Assembly: GCA_965199495.1 (NCBI GenBank)
Contig: CBDASK010000003.1
Span: 3,040,001-3,104,000 of the forward strand
DNA: 64,000 nucleotides
Source of the DNA: Abditibacterium sp.
Lineage (GTDB): Bacteria; Armatimonadota; Abditibacteriia; Abditibacteriales; Abditibacteriaceae
Reading direction: 5' to 3'
Position numbers and translations under genes: made by a program. The notes beneath the pieces were generated by a model, which saw only the letters and a program-made list of their open reading frames with translations, had not been told where the DNA came from and searched no databases. This document shows positions 19,257 to 28,580 of the stretch, piece by piece (the stretch's first letter is position 1; each line of letters begins with the position of its first letter).

Positions 19257-19805
19257 TTACGCGGATGCGTCGGCGGGCGCCGGTGCGGGTTCGGCGGATT
19301 CAACGTTGGGCATGACCTGTTCGGCGTCGGGCGCGGCGGGCGTCGCGACGGGCGAATCGGGGTTGGGCATCTCGTGTTCCGGGTTGGGCGCCGGATCGGC
19401 GATAACTTCGCCGACGGGCGCGTCATCCGCAGCCACGGGCGCTTCGGCAACAGGCGCTTCCACGGCGGGCGCTTCGGCCACGACTTCAGCGGCGGGCGCT
19501 TTTTTGGGCGCGACGGCTTTGGGTTCCGGGGCGGGCGTGCCTTCGGGCGTGATTTTGTTGTTGCTGTCCAAAATGCCTTTCTGGCGCAAAAGGCCAGCGG
19601 CGGTGTCGGACGGCTGAGCGCCTTTGCCCAACCATTCGCGGGCTTTGGCCTCGTTGATTTCAACAACGTGCGGTTGACGGGTGGGCAGATAGTGACCGAT
19701 CGTTTCGATGAAGGCGCCATCGCGCGGAGCGCGTTGGTCGGCGACAACGAGACGATAAGTCGGATTATTTTTCGCGCCGGTGCGGCGCAGACGAATGCGA
19801 ACCAT
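19257..19805 (-). CDS. rpsP: 30S ribosomal protein S16 with acidic Ala/Pro-rich C-terminal extension
   Basis: [28 protein letters not shown]. Confidence 0.96.
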   Translation of the reverse strand: MVRIRLRRTGAKNNPTYRLVVADQRAPRDGAFIETIGHYLPTRQPHVVEINEAKAREWLGKGAQPSDTAAGLLRQKGILDSNNKITPEGTPAPEPKAVAPKKAPAAEVVAEAPAVEAPVAEAPVAADDAPVGEVIADPAPNPEHEMPNPDSPVATPAAPDAEQVMPNVESAEPAPAPADASA

Positions 19806-19960
19806 GAAAGTTTGTGTGACTCCTAAGTCTTCTTACTCTGAACTCTTTCCGATAAACGGCGCAACGCCCATTGCGTTTCGTGCCATTTGACCTTGATTTT
19901 GTGTAACGACGGAAAATGTTGCCTTTATATTTTGCCGCAAAGCGCGCCGCATTGCAACTG

Positions 19961-20120
19961 TTTCGGATTTCGGATAACGGATTTCAGATGTCAGATAACG
20001 CGTTTGTGCGCCGAACCACGATGCAATCGCGCGCCGGAAAAAGACAAACGCGGCCACGAAAATGGCCGCGTTTGCTTTGGAATATCCGAAATCTGAAAAC
20101 CGGCATCCGATGATCCGAAA
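19961..20120. repeat. Inverted blocks of heptamer tandem repeats (TTTCGGA...TCCGAAA)
   Basis: TTTCGGA TTTCGGA TAACGGA TTTCAGA TGTCAGA at 19961-19995; complementary TCCGAAA TCTGAAA.. at 20085-20120. Confidence 0.7.
20036..20074 (-). terminator. Terminator for the porin gene
   Basis: CAAACGCGGCCA-N6-TGGCCGCGTTTG hairpin followed on the minus strand by TCTTTTT. Confidence 0.65.
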
Positions 20121-20121
20121 T

Positions 20122-21375
20122 TTAAAACGACGCCTGAAAAGCGGTGCGCAGTTCGGTGCCTTTGTTCTGGCCGCTCGCGCCCGAATCGCCGTTGTGGTCA
20201 ATCAAGTTGACCTGCACTTTGGCCTCGTTGCCCTTGAGGAAATAGTTCAATCCCAGCGTGTAATCCTGGAGCGTCGTGTTGCCTTTGCTGCGGTCGGTAT
20301 CGAAATTATCGTAGCGGAACAGACCCTGCAATTTGGGCGTGAACATATAACCGACAGCGGCATAATAACCTTCGATGTCGCGGCCCGCCGCCGTGACGCC
20401 GGGCGTCCCGCCGCTGGCTGGCGTCAGCGTAATCGGCACCGCGTCGCCGCGCAGATATTCGCTGGCCGCGTAGATTTTGTTCTTATTATAGGCCGCGAAC
20501 AGGTTGAACAAAGTGCGGTCGGCGCGGCGCGTTTGCGAGACGGCGCCCGACGTGGCTGTGACGCCCGTATTACCCGCGCCACCCGAAACGCCAAATGTCA
20601 GGTTTTTTACGCCGTTATAGGCCAAATGGGCCAAAATCGCCTTGTTATCGGACAATGCCAGCGCATTCTGGCGGTCGCCGATGCCGTTGAAAACGCCGAC
20701 TTTCAAATCGAAATCGTCGAACGTTGAGTTCAACTGCACGCCGGTATCGCGCACATCGCCATAACCGCCGTCGAACGGATCGCGCGAGGTAAAAATCAGC
20801 GGGCGCTCGACAAATGGCAACGCGGCGGAAGAAACCAGACTCTCGTAGCCGACCGGAATTTTGAACTGGCCGACATCCACCGAATTGCTGTTGGTTTTGG
20901 TTTTGTTGAGCTGATAGGACAGCACGATTTCCTGTAAGATATTGTTGCGCGCGCGGCTGGACGTGGTGTCTTTGGCCGGATCGAACATCACCGTCGCCGA
21001 GACTTTGTCGGTGATCTGCGGCGCGGTAATGCGCAGTTCGCCACGACGCAAGCGAAAGGTATCGGCGCGGCGCGAATTGCTGGTGCCGCCCTGATTCAAA
21101 TAATCGAGCGTTTGCACCTGTAATAAACCCGAAATTTTGATCGGCGTTTTTGTCGAGACGACCGGTTTGGCGTTTTTGATGGTTTTGTCGGTCTCTTTTT
21201 GCGCGGCATCAAGCGCATCAAGGCGCTTTTGCAAATCGGCGATTTGCTGGCGCAACGCGTCCATATCGGATTGTTGCGCTTGCGCCTGAGCGGGCGCACC
21301 ATAAAACGCGGCGCTGGCTCCGACGAGAGCAGCCACGGCCAGGACGCGGCGAGCAGAATGTGTTGAGAAATTCAT
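20122..21375 (-). CDS. Outer-membrane porin, phosphate-selective OprO/OprP-like
   Basis: Signal peptide, N-terminal coiled coil, FRLRRGEL, VGQFKIP, RDTGV and terminal Phe. Confidence 0.75.
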   Translation of the reverse strand: MNFSTHSARRVLAVAALVGASAAFYGAPAQAQAQQSDMDALRQQIADLQKRLDALDAAQKETDKTIKNAKPVVSTKTPIKISGLLQVQTLDYLNQGGTSNSRRADTFRLRRGELRITAPQITDKVSATVMFDPAKDTTSSRARNNILQEIVLSYQLNKTKTNSNSVDVGQFKIPVGYESLVSSAALPFVERPLIFTSRDPFDGGYGDVRDTGVQLNSTFDDFDLKVGVFNGIGDRQNALALSDNKAILAHLAYNGVKNLTFGVSGGAGNTGVTATSGAVSQTRRADRTLFNLFAAYNKNKIYAASEYLRGDAVPITLTPASGGTPGVTAAGRDIEGYYAAVGYMFTPKLQGLFRYDNFDTDRSKGNTTLQDYTLGLNYFLKGNEAKVQVNLIDHNGDSGASGQNKGTELRTAFQASF

Positions 21376-21481
21376 GGAAGTTGGTGAAAATCGCCCGCGC
21401 GTTTCATGCGTAACGCTCCCATCTTTCAGGTCGAGCGCAGCTGTTACGTCAGGGGAATCGCCCTAATCTCAACCAAAGCGA

Positions 21482-21522
21482 CTTAACTTTCTTTTAAAAA
21501 AAGATTAAGCCCATGTTAAATT
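21482..21522. promoter_or_regulatory. Putative Pho box: four TTAA cores at 11-bp period
   Basis: TTAA at 21483, 21494, 21505 and 21516, between the divergent porin and PhoB-like regulator. Confidence 0.65.
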
Positions 21523-21682
21523 GAATCTTTTGAAGCGCTGGCAACAACGCGCCGTGTTCCTGCTGTGGATCGTTGCGATAATCGGGCGCGGCCTGATTTC
21601 AGAGAAAAAATTCGATTTTAAACTGCTCTTAATAACTGCGTGCGCGCTCTGCCTTACACTTCGCCTCGAACAATTCCGCACT

Positions 21683-22393
21683 ATGAGCGCCACAATTTTA
21701 GTCGTTGACGACGAGCGCATGCTCGCCGAAACCATTTCGTTCAATCTCGAAAAAGAGGGATTCACGGTCATAACCGCGCACGATGGCGAAGCCGCGCTCG
21801 CGCAGTCGCAGGCGCACACGCCCGATTTAGTCGTACTCGATTTGATGTTGCCCAAAATATCCGGTTGGGAAGTCTGCCGCGCGCTCCGTCAAAGCGCCGA
21901 ATACAAGCTCGATTCGCCGATTTTGATGCTGACCGCGCGCGGCGAAGAGGCCGACAAAGTGTTGGGTTTGGAACTGGGCGCCGACGATTATCTGGTCAAA
22001 CCGTTCGGCATGCGCGAACTCGTCGCGCGCGTGCGCGCTTTGCTGCGCCGCTCGATCAAAGCGCCCGAATTGGGCGGCGAGATTTTGCGCGCCTCGCGCG
22101 TCGAAATGGACACTGCGCGCCACGAAGTGCGCGTCACCGACAAAAACGGCGGCGTGCGCGAGATTAATCTGTCGCTCAAAGAGTTCGAGTTACTGCGCGT
22201 TTTGCTGGGCAAGGCGGGCCACGCCGTGCCGCGCGAGATGCTGCTCGAACGCGTGTGGGGCGACGATTTTACCGGCGACGAACGCACGCTCGACGTTCAT
22301 GTGCGCTGGCTGCGCGAAAAGTTGGAAGAACACCCGTCGCAACCGGAGTTTCTGCTGACGGTGCGCGGCGTGGGCTATAAATTTAAAGCGTGA
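21683..22393 (+). CDS. OmpR/PhoB family response regulator (PhoB/SphR/RegX3-like)
   Basis: ILVVDD, LDLMLP, GADDYLVKPF and RTLDVHVRWLREKLE..LTVRGVGY motifs; start ATG 21683. Confidence 0.9.
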   Translation: MSATILVVDDERMLAETISFNLEKEGFTVITAHDGEAALAQSQAHTPDLVVLDLMLPKISGWEVCRALRQSAEYKLDSPILMLTARGEEADKVLGLELGADDYLVKPFGMRELVARVRALLRRSIKAPELGGEILRASRVEMDTARHEVRVTDKNGGVREINLSLKEFELLRVLLGKAGHAVPREMLLERVWGDDFTGDERTLDVHVRWLREKLEEHPSQPEFLLTVRGVGYKFKA

Positions 22394-22441
22394 GTTACAG
22401 CACCTTGACTTTCTAATCCGACATTGGGGCAAGCTAATGTT

Positions 22442-22639
22442 TAGCGGGGCTGACGCCCAAGGCAAACGCACACCAAATTGAGCGTGAAACGTAGGGTCAC
22501 CGGCTTGCCGTGACCGCAAACGTCACGGCTTCAGGTCGATCAAGCTCTTGTCAGGCAACAAATTCAATTGACGTTTGCGGTCACGGCAAGCCGGTGACCC
22601 TACATTTCACGCTCAATTTGGTGTGCGTCAGCCCTGCTA
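22442..22639. repeat. Nested REP-type long inverted repeat
   Basis: 60-bp arms 22466-22525 / 22569-22628 (one mismatch) containing GTAGGGTCACCGGCTTGCCGTGACC; outer TAGCRGGGCTGACGC pair. Confidence 0.85.
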
Positions 22640-22666
22640 CTTCAATCCGATTATTACAGACGAAGA

Positions 22667-24046
22667 TCATTTCGCCGCCACGGGCAAGTTATCTTTCACG
22701 ACCGAACTCAAGAAATACGGCGATTTGGTCAGCGAGCGATAAACGTCCAATTCCTGCTGCTTATAGGGGCTGACCTGATCGCGAGCCACGCCGCCGCCGA
22801 TGCGATAATCGGCCCATTCGTTCTCGAACCACACGAATTTGCCGTCGGGCCGTTGCGCTGGGACGAATTCGCGTTTGGCGATTTGAAACCAAACCACAGC
22901 TTTGATCATCGGAAACGTCGTGTCAATCGGATCTAAAAACTTCATCGCCGGATAACTCGATGTGCCGTAAACCGCCGGGAGCCAGCCGTATTCGTTGGAG
23001 TTCCAGTAGCCGACGCGCCAATCGCGCGACATTTGCGCGCGCTGCGCCAAAGTCAAATCGGTGCGAAACGAGAGTGTTGCGCTCGTTTCGCAAATCATAA
23101 TCGGCTTGCGTTTCCACTGGCCGTACAATTGGTAAAAATCAACGCTTTCGTTTTTCGGCGTTTTGGTGTCGTCGGCCATGTCGTGCGTCAGGTTATAAGC
23201 GAACTGGCCGCCCCACAAATGGGCGCCCGGTTGCGGCATCGTCCAGCCGCGCTCGTAAACGTCCAGGCCGACCCAATCCACTACGTCGTCGCCCGGATAA
23301 AAAGGCCGAAAAACATCGCGTTTGTCGCCGCCCAAAAGTCCCGAATTGGGACACCAGATCAAAGCCGCGTTGGGCGCGTATTGCCGAAACATCAGCGCGA
23401 CGTTGCGATACATCTGAACGTAATCGGCGGCGGTAAAACCGGTTTCTTCGCCCGGATCGCGGCGCATATTTTTGTTGAGATCGTTCCACTCGCTCCACGG
23501 ATACCACGAACCGTTCATCTCGTGAGCGAACCGGATGAAAACCGGTTTGCCCCAATTGCCCGCGCCCTGCGCGAACGCCTTGGTCGCTTCGTAACTGCGG
23601 CTGCCCGGCTTCCAATCCAAAAACGATTTGGGCGCGAACGGCTCCATCGTGATAATCGGCGTCGCGCCAACTTTAGCCGTCGCATCGGCGAAAGTCGCCG
23701 CCGAAATCCAGCCGTTGGCGTCTTTGTCCCACGTCCCGAACTCGCCTTCGAGATTGGGAAACTGCACGAAGTGCATGAAAAGCGCCTGCTTGCGGCCCGC
23801 CGCATCGAAATCGCTCATCGCGCCCGCCAGCGAAGTCGTCGCATCGCCGCTCGTCTCGGACGTATCGAGTGCCGCGCCCAGATAAACACCTGATTTCGGT
23901 TCATACATCGCCGGTTTGACTGGGCCAACTGGTTTATCGGCGGCAAACGGATCGAGCTTAATCGGCGGCGTGGCTGCCTTGGAGGCGCAGGCGCTCAGCA
24001 GACTGGTTAAGGCGAGCGCGGCGCACAAAAGCGGATGTTGTTTCAT
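22667..24046 (-). CDS. Glycoside hydrolase family 26 lipoprotein
   Basis: Lipobox LSAC; FIRFAHEMNGSWYPW, FYPGDDVVDWVGLD and KPIMICET motifs. Confidence 0.85.
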   Translation of the reverse strand: MKQHPLLCAALALTSLLSACASKAATPPIKLDPFAADKPVGPVKPAMYEPKSGVYLGAALDTSETSGDATTSLAGAMSDFDAAGRKQALFMHFVQFPNLEGEFGTWDKDANGWISAATFADATAKVGATPIITMEPFAPKSFLDWKPGSRSYEATKAFAQGAGNWGKPVFIRFAHEMNGSWYPWSEWNDLNKNMRRDPGEETGFTAADYVQMYRNVALMFRQYAPNAALIWCPNSGLLGGDKRDVFRPFYPGDDVVDWVGLDVYERGWTMPQPGAHLWGGQFAYNLTHDMADDTKTPKNESVDFYQLYGQWKRKPIMICETSATLSFRTDLTLAQRAQMSRDWRVGYWNSNEYGWLPAVYGTSSYPAMKFLDPIDTTFPMIKAVVWFQIAKREFVPAQRPDGKFVWFENEWADYRIGGGVARDQVSPYKQQELDVYRSLTKSPYFLSSVVKDNLPVAAK

Positions 24047-24175
24047 AAATTGGGCGGCGCGAATTAGCGGGCGAAAAAAGCGCGACATAAGCGAATCGGC
24101 GGGTAAGACGTTCTGTGCTGCGTCGGGTTACGAACGCTTTTGGCCACGCTCGATAGAAATGGCAATACTTCGCTC

Positions 24176-25177
24176 ATGTCAAACGAAACGTTGGAATTGA
24201 GCGAACACGAGTTATATTTTCTGCCACCCGGCACACCAGCCACGGCGCCCGCCACGCGCGTCGAAGTCGAAGTTAACGGCGAAATGCGCGTGTTTTTGGC
24301 GCGCTTGGAATGGCAGTATCAAGATATAGAAGACAGCAGTTTCTATTTTGTATTCTATAGAGACCGAGACATTGACGCTGAAAATTCGGTGATTTTAGGC
24401 AAAGGTTTTTATATTACTGCCGAAGAGTCTTTTGTATCGGAGCAAAAAAAGGCTGCGCGAATTCAACAATGTGTTGCTATGAGGCACTTCGAGCGTTTTT
24501 GGTGTGCGCCCAACGCTCAATTTGGGATACGCTTTCTTTTATCTGGAAAAGTAACGGTTATGTGGCGCGAGTCAGGGGGAATGTATGCGGAAGAAACTTT
24601 CATTGGACTCCACTGGGAAAAAGCCGTATTAAGAAGTTGGTCTCAATACGAATTTATTGAATTTTGCAAGCAGCTTTATGCTGACCAACAATCACAATTA
24701 CACTTCGTTCTGCACTGGCACAATATGCTTCCAGAAGAAAGAGACGAGATTGCTTTTGCATGCGAAAATAGCAATTGGGAAAATTTACGAAATCTATTTT
24801 CTTGCGCTTTGAAATTGATAACTTACCGAAGTGGTTTTTTTCCTCCTTCCTCTAAGTCATCTTCTTATTAGAGTTTCACGCGTGATTACGTTAGCACGTC
24901 CAGAACACTAAACCCACATAAATCCCTTTTGTGGGCCGACTTTTGGCGTAGCACTCTTTGTAATATCGTGCGTCCTTCATTTTGGAGAGATGAACCGTAT
25001 TGCATTTATTTATGGCGTATTCGCGCACCTCAACGCGAAAAACGTCTCTATGTAACTTGCACAATGCCAACCCATCACGAAGTTCTCGAAGCGCAACTTC
25101 AACTGCGCGAATTTCTGCGTCCGCATTTGTCCGACGACGAAATCGAGGCGTTGATGCGGCCCGAACCAATGGCATGA
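24176..25177 (+). pseudogene. Hypothetical gene with a single in-frame TAG at 24869-24871
   Basis: ORFs 24140..24871 and 24929..25177 share a frame and the sequence between them is open (SFTRDYVSTSRTLNPHKSL). Confidence 0.6.
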
Positions 25178-25253
25178 CAGTTTTATCGATAGAAGTTACG
25201 CAGTTGGCTGATGAACTCTCTGCTTTTCACGCTCAAATCAGCCTCATCATTGC

Positions 25254-25365
25254 GTTTCTGCAAGTGTCATGTGAGTGGGGCTTGCGCCTCCTTCCAATCA
25301 AGAATTCGCCTTCACACCCGATTGGAAGGAGGCGCAAGCCCCGCTCACATGACACTTGCAGAAAC
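25254..25365. repeat. Long inverted repeat, GGGGCTTGCGCCTCCTTCCAATC family, copy 1
   Basis: 46-bp arms 25254-25299 / 25320-25365 with one mismatch. Confidence 0.85.
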
Positions 25366-25495
25366 CTAAAATTCGCTCATTGCCGCCCTTTTCAAGCCGT
25401 AAGCGTGTTCCGTCCTCAGAATGACAGACAAAGCCAATTGCGTGACGATTTTATCGAATCAAATATAATTTCCGTTGTATTTTTAACTCCGATTC

Positions 25496-28075
25496 ATGCT
25501 CGCCCAATTCGGCTCGCTCTTTTCCATTTTACGCACGCTCGCGCGCCCGTTGCGCTTTCGTCCGATGCTGTGGATGGCGCTATGCGCTTTGATCGGCATC
25601 GCGCTGGGCGGCGCGTTGGCGATGAGTCTGGGCGTGCCAAACGATGTCACGCGCGCCGATGGACGTTTGATTTGGCCATTGCCGCTCGCGATTATCGCGC
25701 TGGCGATTGCATTCGTGATGCGCCAGCACGCTTTGTGGTGGCGCGTGGCTGTGGCGGGCGCGCTCATTCTCGGTTTCGCCGCGCACGCCGCGCGTCGAGT
25801 TGCGCCTCCGGCGGGCGATATTTCGCGCTTGGCGCGTTTGCCCGCGCGCGTGAATGGCCCGTTGGTTGCGCCCGTGGCTGTGGTGCGCGGCATCGTCGCC
25901 GATTATCCCCGGCGCGCCGAATTTAACACGCAGTTTCCGCTCGATTGTCGAGGCCAATATGCGGGCCGCGTCTGGGTGCGCGCGCCGTTCGATTTTTCGG
26001 CGCGCGTTGGCGACGAAGTCGAGATGCAATTGGAACTCAAGCCGCTTCAAAGTGCGACCAATCCCGGCGAGCGCGACGATTTTTGGAGTTCGATTGGCGC
26101 CAATTGTTGGGTCGAAGGCAATCTGTATCGCGCGCCGCGCCAACGCGCGCAGTGGCGCATCGTCCGGCGCGGCGCGGCTTTGCCGGTCGCGCGCGCCGTT
26201 GACCTTTGGCGTAGCGCGATTTTGAATCGCTACGAAACCGTATTTCGCGGGCGAGACAGCGCGCCGTTTCCCGGTCGGCCCTTTCCCTCAGCCACGGCGC
26301 AGTTGCTCACGGCGATGGTGTTTGGCGAAGGCGGACTTTCGCGCCCTTTGCCGCGCGAATTGCGCGATAATTTTCGCGCGGCGGGTTTGTCGCACTTGCT
26401 TGTCGCCAGTGGAACGCAGGTCACGTTCATCGCGGGCGCGCTTATTTTCGGATTGCAGGCGTTGGGCGTGCGGCGCTTTTGGTTGGTTGTGGGCGTGTTG
26501 CCGGGACTTTTGGCCTATGCGCTGTTGGCGGGCACGGCGCCCTCGATTTGGCGCGCGACGTTGGGCGGAGTTTTGGTGGCGTTCGCGCTCGCGAGTGGGC
26601 GCGAAGTGGACGGATTATCGCTGTGGGGCGCGGCGTTGCTGGCGCTTTTACTGATCGATCCAGCTTTGGCGTGGAGTTTGTCGTTGCAACTCACGTTTGC
26701 CGCGACGTGGGGTTTAATCTGTTTGTCGCCGGTCATTTTACGTTTGATTCGCCACGTCGCCGATGGTTACCTGGCGCAGTTGGCGGCGCTTTCGCTGGGC
26801 GCGCAGTGGGCGACGTTACCGATTTCGCTGTTTCATTTCGGCACTTTCAGCATCGTCGGTTTGGGCGCCAATTTCTTCGCCGTGCCGCTCGCGGGCGTCT
26901 TGGTTTTTACCGGCGCTCTGGGTTTGATAATTCCCGCTTTCGTCACGCTGAATTATTGGCAGACGCGCGCTATCGAAGGTGTCGCGCAGGGTTTTGCCCA
27001 GTTGCCGGGCGCGGGCGTGCAGGGCAGCAACGTGAAAATCGCGTGGGTTTTCGTCTGTTATGGTCTATGTTTACTTTCGATGGCGACGGTCTATTCCGAA
27101 GAACCCGGCGCGTGGGGCCGCGCTGTTATCTGGCTTCGGTATCGTTGGAACAAACTCAAATCGAGCGATCCGCGTCCGTATCTGGCGCTCGCAGTTTTGG
27201 CGGGCGCCGGTCTGTTGTGGTGGCGATTTGCCCCGGCGCCGCAGACACTACGCGCCATCGTTTTGGATGTCGGGCAGGGCAACGCCACGCTAATCATTTC
27301 GCCGCGCGGACGCGCGATTTTGGTGGATGCCGGAACCGGCGATGGGCGCGCTGACGTCGGGCAATCTGTTGTTTTGCCCGCGCTCAAAGAGTTGGGCGTC
27401 GAGCGTTTGGACGCGGTTTTCGTGACGCGTTCCGACGCCGCGCATTGCAGCGGTTTGCCCGCCGTGTTACGCGAAATCCCCGTCGCGATGCTGGTGGACG
27501 GTGCGCAGGCCGCAGAAATTCAACGTCCGCCATCCGAATTGGATTTATTGGCGCCCGATCCGTCCGAAGTGGATTATTTGGCGTTGCGACAAATCGCGCA
27601 AACGCAAAAAATTCCGCTCGTGGTTCCGCGCGCCGGGCAAGGTTACGATTTCGATGGTGTCGCCGTGCGCGTGTTGGCGCCGACGATTCCGCCGCTGCAA
27701 ACGAGCGGCGATAATTCGCTGGCGTTGCGCATCAGTTGGGGCGCGTCCTCGATTTTGATGCCGGGCGATTTGGAAAACGCGGGCGAAGAACGCTTGCTAC
27801 GGCGCGGCGGCGAATTGCGCTCGACGGTTTTAATCGTCGGTAATCACGGCGGAAATCAAAGTTGCAGCGCCGACTTCCTGCGCGCCGTGGCTGCTCGCAT
27901 CGCGCTGATTCCGGTCGGCAAGTATAATCGCGAAAAAACTCCGACGCGCGGCGTTTTGCAACGCCTGAACGCCGCGCGCGCCGTGGTTTTGCGCACCGAT
28001 TTGGATGGCGCATTGAGCGTCGAATGTTCGCGCGAGAATTGTAGCGTCAGCGCGGCGCGGCAAGCGGGACAATAG
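25496..28075 (+). CDS. comEC: DNA internalisation competence protein ComEC/Rec2
   Basis: TM + OB region (TNPGERD), competence domain (FRAAGLSHLLVASG, PSIWRA, SLQLTFAA), C-terminal MBL-like domain (LDVGQG, ILMPGDLE, RTDLDGA). Confidence 0.88.
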   Translation: MLAQFGSLFSILRTLARPLRFRPMLWMALCALIGIALGGALAMSLGVPNDVTRADGRLIWPLPLAIIALAIAFVMRQHALWWRVAVAGALILGFAAHAARRVAPPAGDISRLARLPARVNGPLVAPVAVVRGIVADYPRRAEFNTQFPLDCRGQYAGRVWVRAPFDFSARVGDEVEMQLELKPLQSATNPGERDDFWSSIGANCWVEGNLYRAPRQRAQWRIVRRGAALPVARAVDLWRSAILNRYETVFRGRDSAPFPGRPFPSATAQLLTAMVFGEGGLSRPLPRELRDNFRAAGLSHLLVASGTQVTFIAGALIFGLQALGVRRFWLVVGVLPGLLAYALLAGTAPSIWRATLGGVLVAFALASGREVDGLSLWGAALLALLLIDPALAWSLSLQLTFAATWGLICLSPVILRLIRHVADGYLAQLAALSLGAQWATLPISLFHFGTFSIVGLGANFFAVPLAGVLVFTGALGLIIPAFVTLNYWQTRAIEGVAQGFAQLPGAGVQGSNVKIAWVFVCYGLCLLSMATVYSEEPGAWGRAVIWLRYRWNKLKSSDPRPYLALAVLAGAGLLWWRFAPAPQTLRAIVLDVGQGNATLIISPRGRAILVDAGTGDGRADVGQSVVLPALKELGVERLDAVFVTRSDAAHCSGLPAVLREIPVAMLVDGAQAAEIQRPPSELDLLAPDPSEVDYLALRQIAQTQKIPLVVPRAGQGYDFDGVAVRVLAPTIPPLQTSGDNSLALRISWGASSILMPGDLENAGEERLLRRGGELRSTVLIVGNHGGNQSCSADFLRAVAARIALIPVGKYNREKTPTRGVLQRLNAARAVVLRTDLDGALSVECSRENCSVSAARQAGQ

Positions 28076-28081
28076 GTTCTC

Positions 28082-28533
28082 GTAAAGACGCAGATTTATC
28101 GCGTTTAAAGCGTTAGAATTGCCCTCACATATCGCGGTTTCTACGTTTTAAGTGCCCGGTAAAAATAGGCCCGGCTCTTACTGCACCAGCCAATTCACCT
28201 ATGGCGGGGCTTGCGCCTCCTTCCAATCGAGATTCCCTCCGCACCCGATTGGAAGGAGGCGCAAGCCCCGCCATAAGTAGTGCAGCAAATATTTGGCGGT
28301 AGAATGCGATATAAAATCGCAGCCAAGGAAGTCGTCGGCCTTCGCCGACAGAAGAAAGTTCAAACTGTCGGCGAAGGCCGACGACTTCCTTGGCTGCGAT
28401 TTTATATCGCATTCACAAACTTGGCGAATTACCGGTTTTCTTTTCCCTGATTACTTAAGTGAATCAACCTTCACGAGAATGGTTTAACTTAAATGTGTCA
28501 GACCACTTATGACGCGATAAATCGGCGTCTCAC
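28082..28533. repeat. Composite repeat: degenerate REP pair enclosing two other palindromes
   Basis: REP halves at 28082-28106 and 28511-28533 (family of 4994); 30-bp-arm IR 28200-28275 (family of 25254); perfect 50-bp-arm IR 28302-28414. Confidence 0.8.
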
Positions 28534-28580
28534 CAGTTGCGCCCCGTAAACTCTGAGGCACGTCGAAGCCCTTTAATTCA

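Noticed and set aside
25000..25926. 308-aa ORF
   Set aside because: It runs through a palindrome and out of frame over comEC, with no recognisable motifs.
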